Part shown: positions 1 to 7,067 of the stretch, one piece after another
Numbering within the stretch: the stretch's first letter is position 1
How the letters are laid out: each line of letters begins with the position of its first letter
Virus record (IMG/VR): IMGVR_UViG_3300044911_000835
Coordinates: 1 to 64,000 of that record
Reading direction: 5' to 3' (one strand)
Length of the DNA stretch: 64,000 nt
From: a virus
Position numbers and translations under genes: made by a program
Notes under the pieces: model-generated
The model's database searches: none
The model's input: the letters and a program-made list of their open reading frames with translations, nothing else
What the model was told of the DNA's origin: nothing

Positions 1-36
1 ATACTTTACCTTGCGCCAACACCCACAAATCTCGGC

Positions 37-65
37 TTGTTTTTAAAGTTACATGGGCGTATAAT
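37..65 (+). promoter_or_regulatory. sigma70-type promoter
   Basis: TTGTTT-17 nt-TATAAT. Confidence 0.7.
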
Positions 66-77
66 TGTTATTCAAAT

Positions 78-302
78 TTGGAGAATCTTATGATAATTAA
101 ATTAGCACTACTAGCAGCACTTCTTAGTGAACCGGCAGTCGACCCCAAATCGTTAGATATGTTATATGAGCCATGTGCTAAAATGTATTCTGACTATATT
201 GAAGTTATGCGGGAGGATAGATTTAGGGGTAAACTAATGGGGGAGAATTTAAAGTATTTGTGTACTCCTATGAAACAACCAATGGGTAATGGAGAAATGT
301 AA
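78..302 (+). CDS. hypothetical protein, possible N-terminal signal peptide
   Basis: ORF behind promoter; hydrophobic N-terminus; true start may be ATG at 90 after GGAG. Confidence 0.6.
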   Translation: MENLMIIKLALLAALLSEPAVDPKSLDMLYEPCAKMYSDYIEVMREDRFRGKLMGENLKYLCTPMKQPMGNGEM

Positions 303-1042
303 TGAAGCATAGAGTTTTTAGTGATATTCACTTAGACCATAGCATGTGGTATCCTAAGCCAATGGCTTATGATGATGAAACTACACTAATTCTAGCCGGC
401 GATCTATGGACGGGCACTAGGCTAGTAGATACAATGAACTGGTTACATGAGTTAGCTGCGAAGTTTAAGTATGTAGTATTTGTACTAGGAAATCATGATT
501 ACTGGACTAATAGAAATGGTAATGCAGATTGGAGAGGTATTCCAAAAGCATTTGATGGATTTCTACCAGATAACGTTTTCTTACTAGAAAAAGAAGTTAT
601 TGAGCTTGATGGTGTAAAAATCGGTGGTGCTACCTTATGGACAGATATTGATGGGTATAACCCACTAGCAGTTTTAGATTGCAAGCGCTATACAAATGAT
701 TTTATGCATATGCCACAAATGACCCCACAATTGTGGATGCAGGAGTATAAAGATACAGTTGAGTGGATTAAAACTGTCGAAGTAGACATTCTTATCACAC
801 ACTATGTACCTAGTGCTCATTTCTGTCATCCTCGTTATCGTGGAATGATTGAATCGTGCATGTTTAACTCGAATACTATAGGTCAAATTAGCAAGTTACC
901 TAAAGTATGGATATTTGGCCATACTCACGATAACTACGATGAAACCCTAGCGAATACTAAGTTTATCTGTAATCCTAGAGGCTACAGCTATGAAAACTAT
1001 GATTTTAGAGAGGAAAGCTTATATGAATTTAACTTGTGCTGA
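302..1042 (+). CDS. calcineurin-like metallophosphoesterase
   Basis: SDIH, GDL, GNHD, THY, GHTH motifs. Confidence 0.9.
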   Translation: MKHRVFSDIHLDHSMWYPKPMAYDDETTLILAGDLWTGTRLVDTMNWLHELAAKFKYVVFVLGNHDYWTNRNGNADWRGIPKAFDGFLPDNVFLLEKEVIELDGVKIGGATLWTDIDGYNPLAVLDCKRYTNDFMHMPQMTPQLWMQEYKDTVEWIKTVEVDILITHYVPSAHFCHPRYRGMIESCMFNSNTIGQISKLPKVWIFGHTHDNYDETLANTKFICNPRGYSYENYDFREESLYEFNLC

Positions 1043-1457
1043 TTGTGATAATTTCGCGAAGTCTAGCAGATGTGCTGGATGCACAAATTATTCTTTATTT
1101 GTACCTTATAATGGTATAACCTATAAAAGGGATACAGAGGAGCCTCCGGCTACTCCAAGGGTATTAAGACCTACTGAAACTGGCAAAAAGTTTGATAGTG
1201 ATAAAGTTGACTGGACTTTGATGCCATGGAAGGAATTAGAGCAGGTTCTAGAAGTTCTAGAGTTTGGAGCTAAGAAGTATTCTAGAGATAACTGGAAGCA
1301 TATTGAACCTGCAAGGTATGAAAAGGCTGCAATGCGGCATCTTATCTCTTATGCTACTGGAGAAAAGATAGACCCTGAATCGGGTAAATCGCATCTAGCA
1401 CACTTAATGTGTAATGCTTTATTCCTAATGTGGAATGATAATGATAAGTCCATGTAA
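1023..1457 (+). CDS. DUF5664 / dATP-dGTP diphosphohydrolase-domain protein with N-terminal Cys cluster
   Basis: GKKFDSDK..W..MPW, FGAKKY..DNW, DPESG..HLAH motifs; start moved to ATG 1023. Confidence 0.75.
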   Translation: MNLTCADCDNFAKSSRCAGCTNYSLFVPYNGITYKRDTEEPPATPRVLRPTETGKKFDSDKVDWTLMPWKELEQVLEVLEFGAKKYSRDNWKHIEPARYEKAAMRHLISYATGEKIDPESGKSHLAHLMCNALFLMWNDNDKSM

Positions 1458-1629
1458 TAAAATTTGTAAAATTGATTCAATTTCTGGCATATGTATTGGT
1501 TGCCTACGATATAAGAAGGAGATTGAAACATGGTCAACTCTAACTGATGAACAAAGATGGTGGGTAATGGATGATATTGCCTTAGTTAGGTCTCACGTAT
1601 ATAAATTTGATCTTGCTAAACCTGCCTAA
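1435..1629 (+). CDS. DUF1289 family Cys-rich protein
   Basis: SPC..IC..D..GIC.GC.R...EI..W pattern. Confidence 0.8.
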   Translation: MIMISPCNKICKIDSISGICIGCLRYKKEIETWSTLTDEQRWWVMDDIALVRSHVYKFDLAKPA

Positions 1630-1641
1630 CTACTCTATAAT
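1613..1641 (+). promoter_or_regulatory. sigma70-type promoter cassette
   Basis: TTGCTA-17-TATAAT then ATTATTTCT...AAAGGAAACAAAATG. Confidence 0.75.
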
Positions 1642-1670
1642 ATTATTTCTTCAATCGAAAAGGAAACAAA

Positions 1671-1856
1671 ATGAACGCAAAGAAAGCTAAAGCCCTTCGT
1701 AAAATTGCTAAAAGTATGGTATCTTCAGCAGCTACACCCGTAATCAAATTTTTTGTAGAAAAGCAAGAAGATGGTTCTGTTAAAGATACTCTAGTGCCAA
1801 TGCCTATGAGTTGGCCTATTGGTACTTTCCGTCAACTCTATCAATCACTAAAATGA
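1671..1856 (+). CDS. small basic hypothetical protein
   Basis: MNAKKAKALRK start, strong RBS. Confidence 0.7.
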   Translation: MNAKKAKALRKIAKSMVSSAATPVIKFFVEKQEDGSVKDTLVPMPMSWPIGTFRQLYQSLK

Positions 1857-2047
1857 TCTACTCTAAAGACTTCCTGCTTCAAGCCTACGCTTATCGTTTC
1901 GCTGAGCTAGGTGATGAAACTTACAGCTTGCTATATGAGCAAGCCAATAACCATTATGATAAGGTAGGTAAGGATGTCTTTAGGGCACACGCCAGTCTAG
2001 ATGCTGACGCTTTGAGAGTCTTCAAAGAAGAGCTTAAAAAATATTAA
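1853..2047 (+). CDS. hypothetical phage protein
   Basis: ATG overlaps the upstream stop; MIYSKDFLL... Confidence 0.65.
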   Translation: MIYSKDFLLQAYAYRFAELGDETYSLLYEQANNHYDKVGKDVFRAHASLDADALRVFKEELKKY

Positions 2048-2048
2048 G

Positions 2049-2077
2049 TTGAATTTATTATCTCATGGTCGTATAAT
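2049..2077 (+). promoter_or_regulatory. sigma70-type promoter
   Basis: TTGAAT-17-TATAAT. Confidence 0.7.
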
Positions 2078-2086
2078 ATTAGTTCG

Positions 2087-2203
2087 ATGATTGATAATGA
2101 AGACGAAATATCAGAAGAAGATTTACTAGAGTTCTTTGATGAAGAAAACTTTGAAGAACCAGATTTAAGTGATTTCGTAATATACGAAATTCCAAATGAA
2201 TAA
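2087..2203 (+). CDS. very acidic 38-aa protein, probably leaderless (not in ORF track)
   Basis: MIDNEDEISEEDLLEFFDEENFEEPDLSDFVIYEIPNE*; ATG about 10 nt after the -10 box. Confidence 0.6.
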   Translation: MIDNEDEISEEDLLEFFDEENFEEPDLSDFVIYEIPNE

Positions 2204-2204
2204 T

Positions 2205-2279
2205 GCCTCCTTAGCTCAGCGGTAGAGCTACTCTTTTGTAAGGAGTGGGTCGTGCGTTCAAATCGTACAGGGGGCACCA
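2205..2279 (+). tRNA. tRNA-Thr(UGU)
   Basis: cloverleaf, ACTCT-TT TGT AA-GGAGT, CCA end. Confidence 0.93.
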
Positions 2280-2308
2280 TGAATTACCCATATCAACTAA
2301 GGTACTGT

Positions 2309-2752
2309 ATGCAACAAATTAATCGTAACCGATTAGCAAACTGTGAGAATGAGTTTCAAGGCTCTTTTATGAGAGTATTGGCTGTTTGTTCAGCAGGTTT
2401 GCTTCGAAGCCCTACTATTGCACGAGTATTAATTCGTGATTTTGATAATGTTAATCCTAGGCCCGTAGGCACTTCTAGTGAATACGCTCTAGTACCTTTA
2501 GATATGGTACATTTAAAGTGGGCGCATCTTATTATTTGTGCCAATGATGAAGTAATGCGTTTTGTTACCGCTGCTCTAGAAGAATGTAAGCTGGAACGTA
2601 AGGTAGTACACCTCAATATTCCAGATATGTATAACTTTGCAGACCCCGAATTGGAGCGAATCATTCGTGATGAGCTAAATAATATTCGGTTTACAAATGA
2701 AAATGATCCGCGTGACTTCTATGTAGATGTTACATTGAGTCCACATCAATAA
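2309..2752 (+). CDS. low-molecular-weight Cys phosphatase fold protein
   Basis: VLAVCSAGLLRS (CX5RS P-loop), WAHLII, IPD; start moved downstream of the tRNA. Confidence 0.8.
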   Translation: MQQINRNRLANCENEFQGSFMRVLAVCSAGLLRSPTIARVLIRDFDNVNPRPVGTSSEYALVPLDMVHLKWAHLIICANDEVMRFVTAALEECKLERKVVHLNIPDMYNFADPELERIIRDELNNIRFTNENDPRDFYVDVTLSPHQ

Positions 2753-2753
2753 T

Positions 2754-2828
2754 TCCATCTAACGCACCGGGCGTGCGGCCGGACTGTTAATCCGTGTGAG
2801 TTAGGTTCAAGTCCTAAAGATGGAGCCA
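2754..2828 (+). tRNA. tRNA-Asn(GUU)
   Basis: TCCATCT/AGATGGA acceptor, CT GTT AA loop, GCCA. Confidence 0.9.
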
Positions 2829-2841
2829 ACAAAATTCAGGC

Positions 2842-2892
2842 TTGATTGAACAGCTTAAACCCTGTAAAATATCTTTTCTGAAATCGAAAAAG
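2842..2892 (+). promoter_or_regulatory. promoter/RBS cassette
   Basis: TTGATT-17-TAAAAT; CTGTAAAATATCTTTTCTGAAATCGAAAAAG identical to copies at 3643 and 7798. Confidence 0.75.
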
Positions 2893-2899
2893 AACTTCC

Positions 2900-3142
2900 A
2901 TGAAATACTTTAAAATTCGCTCTGAATCAGATCATTGGTGTGGTTGCTGGAATGAGATATATGTTCCCGCTGAGCGCGAAGAAGACTTGGAACAGCTCAT
3001 TTCTTACAATGAAGAATATGTTCGTTATGAACTAATTGACACTCCTGATGAAGAAGATGAGGAGTGGTTTGAAGAATATGACTCAGTTTCTTCTGAAGTT
3101 GAAGAAGTAGACGAAGAAGAATACTTACGTAATAAAGAATAA
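2900..3142 (+). CDS. acidic hypothetical protein
   Basis: ORF behind cassette; E/D-rich C-terminal half. Confidence 0.7.
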   Translation: MKYFKIRSESDHWCGCWNEIYVPAEREEDLEQLISYNEEYVRYELIDTPDEEDEEWFEEYDSVSSEVEEVDEEEYLRNKE

Positions 3143-3143
3143 A

Positions 3144-3216
3144 GCGGGTAAGCTCATGGAGAGTCGCCGGCCTTCCAAGCCGTGTAGATGGGATTCGATC
3201 TCCCATACCCGCTCCA
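3144..3216 (+). tRNA. tRNA-Gly(UCC)
   Basis: GCGGGTA/TACCCGC, CT TCC AA loop, TCCA. Confidence 0.88.
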
Positions 3217-3288
3217 ATTATTGCTCCACGCGAAAGCCTGAGCGAATAAGCGTTCCCAGATCGAATAACTGGGTATAAGGAATCTAGT

Positions 3289-3477
3289 ATGGAATTTGAT
3301 GTAGCTCTAACTAAAAAAGCCATAGATTGGCTAGCAGTACTAACTGCCCTAGTCTTACTGGGGTATATGGGTATGAGTAGCTACGCTCTTATTCTTGATA
3401 AAATAGATTATGCTGCCTATGTCGGTGCCATTGGCCCCATCGTAGGGATGTTAGTAGGTTTCTGGATTAGAAAGTAG
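3289..3477 (+). CDS. small two-TM membrane protein
   Basis: two hydrophobic segments, AAGGA RBS. Confidence 0.65.
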   Translation: MEFDVALTKKAIDWLAVLTALVLLGYMGMSSYALILDKIDYAAYVGAIGPIVGMLVGFWIRK

Positions 3478-3478
3478 T

Positions 3479-3615
3479 TTTCTAAAGTTAGATGACCACA
3501 CCCTAACAGGGTAAGGATAACGCTCTGACCTTGCATACAATGACGACACTAGAACTAAATTGAACTTGTTGCAAGCATTGTTCAAGCTCTTGTTCTAGGC
3601 ATCTAACTTTAGAAA
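3479..3615 (+). ncRNA. orphan structured RNA cassette
   Basis: 16-bp terminal stem TTTCTAAAGTTAGATG/CATCTAACTTTAGAAA with internal hairpins; no ORF. Confidence 0.55.
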
Positions 3616-3622
3616 TTTGAAC

Positions 3623-3681
3623 TTGTTTTGATAGCTTAAACACTGTAAAATATCTTTTCTGAAATCGAAAAAGGAACTGAG
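3623..3681 (+). promoter_or_regulatory. promoter/RBS cassette
   Basis: TTGTTT-17-TAAAAT plus shared downstream block. Confidence 0.75.
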
Positions 3682-3756
3682 ATGCACGATCACAAATACT
3701 GGGAACTTGTTAATGCTGGTTTGCTGCGTGAAGCTGAACTCTGGGCCAATCGCTAA
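3682..3756 (+). CDS. 24-aa peptide (not in ORF track)
   Basis: MHDHKYWELVNAGLLREAELWANR* after AAGGAA RBS. Confidence 0.55.
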   Translation: MHDHKYWELVNAGLLREAELWANR

Positions 3757-3760
3757 TAAA

Positions 3761-3836
3761 TTCTGAATCATCTATAGTGGAACAAGACCGAGTCAGTTAA
3801 CGGCACGGAAGGTAGGTTCGAATCCTACTTCAGAAT
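3761..3836 (+). ncRNA. tRNA-like RNA with aberrant anticodon arm
   Basis: TTCTGAA/TTCAGAA acceptor, perfect T arm GTAGG TTCGAAT CCTAC, no CCA. Confidence 0.6.
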
Positions 3837-3843
3837 TTTGAAC

Positions 3844-3872
3844 TTGTTTGATGTTGTAAAACGCTGTATAAT
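3844..3872 (+). promoter_or_regulatory. sigma70-type promoter, nearest clear one upstream of the Y RNA/Rsr locus
   Basis: TTGTTT-17-TATAAT. Confidence 0.75.
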
Positions 3873-3903
3873 ATCTTTTCTAACTTGATGAAGGAAGAAC
3901 AAA

Positions 3904-4029
3904 ATGTTTGGCGAATTCACTGTTCCTGCTTACGCACACGATGCTGTTTGGTACGATATGGTTGATCGTGGCTATATTGAAGTTCCTACCGAGTTTGTTG
4001 ATAAAGAACTTGAAGTGTTTGACGAGTAA
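3904..4029 (+). CDS. acidic 41-aa protein (not in ORF track)
   Basis: MFGEFTVPAYAHDAVWYDMVDRGYIEVPTEFVDKELEVFDE*; AAGGAAG RBS. Confidence 0.65.
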   Translation: MFGEFTVPAYAHDAVWYDMVDRGYIEVPTEFVDKELEVFDE

Positions 4030-4086
4030 TTGTTTTACTGTTACACTTTTTGGTGACAAAGTGCGGATTGCTCACGAAACGAGCAT

Positions 4087-4276
4087 TATTTAGAAATGTC
4101 TACAGCATTAATAGTTGCGTACTATCCTCTGGGGCACTAACAGTATGGAAACACTGTTAGGCACAAGGTAGGCTAAATACTATTAATGTAGTGAAAGTGC
4201 GAGAATGAAGATGGTAAGTCGTTTCCTAATCCCGTGTACATCTAAAGGGCACGTTACTAGTAGATATTTCTAAATA
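4087..4276 (+). ncRNA. orphan multi-stem RNA cassette
   Basis: 17-bp terminal stem TATTTAGAAATGTCTAC/GTAGATATTTCTAAATA; nested stems. Confidence 0.6.
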
Positions 4277-4343
4277 GGTTGTTACCTTAATTGCTTCGGC
4301 ATCTTAAATTAACAATAATATCAGAACTGGTAAATCTGATAGC

Positions 4344-4455
4344 CTATCAACCCACTGAAGAGCTGATGAAAGTTCAGCGAAACAGTCGTATCACAGCTAA
4401 TCTTGATATAAAATAAAATAATCAGAAGATTGTAGCTATATGACTGTATGGATAG
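4344..4455 (+). ncRNA. type I hammerhead ribozyme
   Basis: CUGAAGA core 4355-4361; stem II GCUGA/UCAGC; GAAA 4379-4382; stem III CAGUCGUA/UAUGACUG; GUA cleavage triplet 4446-4448; stem I CCA/UGG plus CUAUC/GAUAG. Confidence 0.85.
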
Positions 4456-4639
4456 TGTTGCGATTATAACAGCTACTTCTTATATCATGCTAAAGAAGTG
4501 CTTAGTAGTTGAAATGAGCACAAATGTTGTAATCAGCCAACAGATCAAGTGTTGGTACTTTCAGTGAAGATTGTACTAGAGAAACTATAATTTCTTTAGA
4601 TTGCTGATCGCGTCTGTTATAGACTTTATCTCACTATCC
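4450..4639 (+). ncRNA. Y-RNA-like element Y0 (large multi-stem cargo)
   Basis: GGATAGTG/CACTATCC closing stem; TTGCG..TATAACAG-CTACTTC ... CTGTTATA-GACTTTATCTC scaffold shared with 5223, 5372, 5471. Confidence 0.75.
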
Positions 4640-4640
4640 T

Positions 4641-4801
4641 TTTTAAGTAAAGCACAGCTTAATAAACTAGCCTAGTTGATCACTAAGCGAATAGGTTTAA
4701 TTGCGTAACTGCCTAGGGAGTGGACTACCTTGGCAACACTTATACGAAGGAAATTGGTTGCTCCACGGCCTTTTCTAAAGTATAAGGGGCTTTACTTAAA
4801 A
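4641..4801 (+). ncRNA. orphan multi-stem RNA cassette
   Basis: 13-bp terminal stem TTTTAAGTAAAGC/GCTTTACTTAAAA; internal hairpins; possible GTGGA/TCCAC pseudoknot. Confidence 0.55.
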
Positions 4802-4802
4802 T

Positions 4803-4875
4803 TGCGGCTTCAGATAGTCTGACTACGGGCTCATAACCCATTAGGGAGGGAGAGCGTTACTCCCGGCCGCATCCA
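4803..4875 (+). tRNA. atypical tRNA-Met(CAU), initiator-like
   Basis: GGG-CT CAT AA-CCC anticodon arm, TCCA end; shrunken D arm and non-consensus T loop. Confidence 0.6.
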
Positions 4876-4908
4876 GATTTATTGTAGTACCACCACCGGA
4901 GACTTAAA

Positions 4909-5139
4909 TTGAAGTTTAAAACAAAACCTGTAGGTAAGTTTGTGTATGGCGTTGCAGCTTTTAACGGATTGGTCACCCAATATTGGGGTGATAGTTATAA
5001 AGATGCAGAGGATGCGTTTTACAAAAGCCATACAGCTACCCATCTTTATAAGATGGTAGGTTCAGTAAAAGAAGTAATTAAGGAAAATCAACGTCGTATG
5101 CGTCAACCAGGAGCAATTGCTCTAGCATTCGGCAAGTAA
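4909..5139 (+). CDS. hypothetical protein
   Basis: TTG start with GGAG RBS. Confidence 0.6.
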   Translation: MKFKTKPVGKFVYGVAAFNGLVTQYWGDSYKDAEDAFYKSHTATHLYKMVGSVKEVIKENQRRMRQPGAIALAFGK

Positions 5140-5146
5140 ACAATTT

Positions 5147-5220
5147 GGGGCTTTAGTTTAATGGGAGAACCACTGGTTTGCAACCAGTTAATAACAGTTC
5201 GATTCTGTTAAGCTCCACCA
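5147..5220 (+). tRNA. tRNA-Ala(UGC)
   Basis: GGGGCTT/AAGCTCC with G3-U70, TT TGC AA loop, ACCA. Confidence 0.93.
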
Positions 5221-5222
5221 AA

Positions 5223-5362
5223 TAATATGTTGCGTAGAAAAGACTTACTTCCACTTCTAATGGGGTTGTCACAGGTTCGAGTCCTGTATAAGGGACGGAG
5301 TCTCTTATTAGCTCAGTTGGTAGAGCACCTAAAATTCGTTTTTTCGACTTTTTCTCATATTA
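5223..5362 (+). ncRNA. yrlA: YrlA-type Y RNA (Y1) with permuted tRNA domain
   Basis: T arm (5271-5287) precedes a closed acceptor-like hairpin and the D arm TAGCTCAGTTGGTAGAGCA (5309-5327); lies upstream of a TROVE gene. Confidence 0.85.
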
Positions 5363-5371
5363 ACAAAATTC

Positions 5372-5461
5372 AGCAGTTGCGTATATAACAGTTACTTCCT
5401 CACCATCTAACGAGGGCCGCTTTGAGGGCGTCCCGTTTCTGTTATAGACTTTTTCTCTGCT
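5372..5461 (+). ncRNA. Y-RNA-like element Y2
   Basis: AGCAG TTGCGTA TATAACAG TTACTTC ... CTGTTATA GACTTTTTCT CTGCT. Confidence 0.75.
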
Positions 5462-5470
5462 TCCACTTAA

Positions 5471-5537
5471 TCCGCTGCGCTAATTCTAGTTACTTCATTT
5501 ATCGGAAATAAAACACTAGAATAACCTATTTCTCGGA
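5471..5537 (+). ncRNA. minimal Y-RNA-like element Y3 overlapping the Rsr RBS
   Basis: TCCG CTGCGCTA ATTCTAG TTACTTC ... CTAGAAT AACCTATTTCT CGGA. Confidence 0.65.
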
Positions 5538-5546
5538 GCTATACAA

Positions 5547-7067
5547 ATGTCAAAATTCAATCAAGCAAACACTTTAGCAAAAGCTTTTTCTGCTAATGGT
5601 AACCTTCAGTATGTTAAGCCTGAAAAAGAACAACTATATGAATTAGTTGTTAATACTCTTTACGGGCGTGATACCTTTTACGAAACCACTGATGCTAAAG
5701 CACAGCGACTTTCAGCTATAGTAGCTAAGCTCGTTGCGTCTAATGAATTCAACTTCCTAGCAAACTTGGCTGTGCACGCAAGGCATGAAATGAATGTGCG
5801 AAATATGCCAGTCATGCTAGTTGACCAGACTGTTAAAGCTTTGAAAGCTCAAGGTAAGAACTTTGCTGGAACTCGTACCCTTGTAAGCCAAGTTGTTGGT
5901 CGCGTTGACCAAATCACCGACTTACTAGCTTTACTAGGCGACAAGGCTAAAATGCCTATGGCGCTAAAGCGCGGGTTGAGTGATGCTTTTAACAAGTTTT
6001 CAGAGTACCAATTTGCCAAGTACAATCGTGCTGGTAAAGTTACTTTGAAAGACGCAATGCGTATCGTACATCCAGTTCCTAAGGATGTGGATATGTCTAT
6101 CCTTTTTGACAAGATCATGAAGGGTAACTTATCGACCCCCGATACGTGGGAAGTAGCACTATCTCGTGATGGTAACACCAAAGAAGTTTGGGAAGGCCTA
6201 ATCGACCGCAAGGTACTAGGGTATCAAGCTACTTTAAAGAATTTGCGTAACATGCTGAATGCTGGAGTTAGTGCAGACCATCAGCGTCAGGTTGCTAAGT
6301 ACATTGTTGACTTCGCCGCTTCTAGCAAATCACTACCATTTGAGTTTCTAGCTTCTATGGAAGCTATTAAGAGTCTTGGTAGTCAGATTCTCAACAATGC
6401 ACTTATTGAGGCTATGGATGCGTCCGTAGTTAACGTACCTTCACTAGGAAACAAAGTTCTAGTTCTACTAGATACTTCTGGTTCTATGGGATTTATGGAA
6501 GGGCGTGCAGTTAAGAACGCAAGCTTCTTGTCAGCAGTATTAGCAAGTGCTAGTAAGAACTGTGAGAAATTCACACTTATTAGTTTCGCTTCTAATGCTA
6601 GACGGCATACTATTAATACCTCAGAACGTGTATTTTCTACCTATGAAAAGCTTGTAAAAGCCAGTGGTGGTGGAAGTACAGATTTTCTTGCTGGATTAAT
6701 AGAGGCTACTAAGGACGGTGTGGAATATGATACAGTCATTGTCCTAACAGATAATGAAATGGATAGCTTTAAGCACTCCTACAATGTAGGTAACTTCCAG
6801 AAGCAGGCCACTAGAGTTATCATTGACTGTTCTGCGTCCGAAACTAGCATTGCTAGCCCCTATGCTGGGTGGCATCATCTTGCAGGTTGGTCACCTAATA
6901 TGTTCCGGTATCTTGATGCAGTTCGTGAAGGTACTTCGATGGTTGAGATGTTAAGTCAACCATTTTCTAGTATGCTAATGAAACGCGAACTAGCGTCTAG
7001 GCGCTGGTCTAGTAAAGAAGTACCTACTTCCAACGTACCGAAAGCTGGACTAACTCATAGCGATTAA
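5547..7067 (+). CDS. rsr: Ro60/Rsr-like TROVE-domain RNA-binding protein with C-terminal vWA domain
   Basis: AR.EMNVR, F..FSEYQFAKYNR, LKD.MR..HP.P, PDTWEV.LS, L.YQA.LKNLRN; vWA MIDAS DTSGSM, GGST, LTDNE. Confidence 0.93.
   Translation: MSKFNQANTLAKAFSANGNLQYVKPEKEQLYELVVNTLYGRDTFYETTDAKAQRLSAIVAKLVASNEFNFLANLAVHARHEMNVRNMPVMLVDQTVKALKAQGKNFAGTRTLVSQVVGRVDQITDLLALLGDKAKMPMALKRGLSDAFNKFSEYQFAKYNRAGKVTLKDAMRIVHPVPKDVDMSILFDKIMKGNLSTPDTWEVALSRDGNTKEVWEGLIDRKVLGYQATLKNLRNMLNAGVSADHQRQVAKYIVDFAASSKSLPFEFLASMEAIKSLGSQILNNALIEAMDASVVNVPSLGNKVLVLLDTSGSMGFMEGRAVKNASFLSAVLASASKNCEKFTLISFASNARRHTINTSERVFSTYEKLVKASGGGSTDFLAGLIEATKDGVEYDTVIVLTDNEMDSFKHSYNVGNFQKQATRVIIDCSASETSIASPYAGWHHLAGWSPNMFRYLDAVREGTSMVEMLSQPFSSMLMKRELASRRWSSKEVPTSNVPKAGLTHSD

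Noticed and set aside
4039-4087. Possible H-type pseudoknot plus hairpin
   Set aside because: The two stems share bases and are short; could be chance.
3908-4093. 61-aa ORF in the track
   Set aside because: The frame starting at ATG 3904 has the RBS and is the more plausible gene.
4450-5537. CRISPR-like repeat array
   Set aside because: Repeats are bipartite structural motifs with irregular spacing and there are no cas genes.
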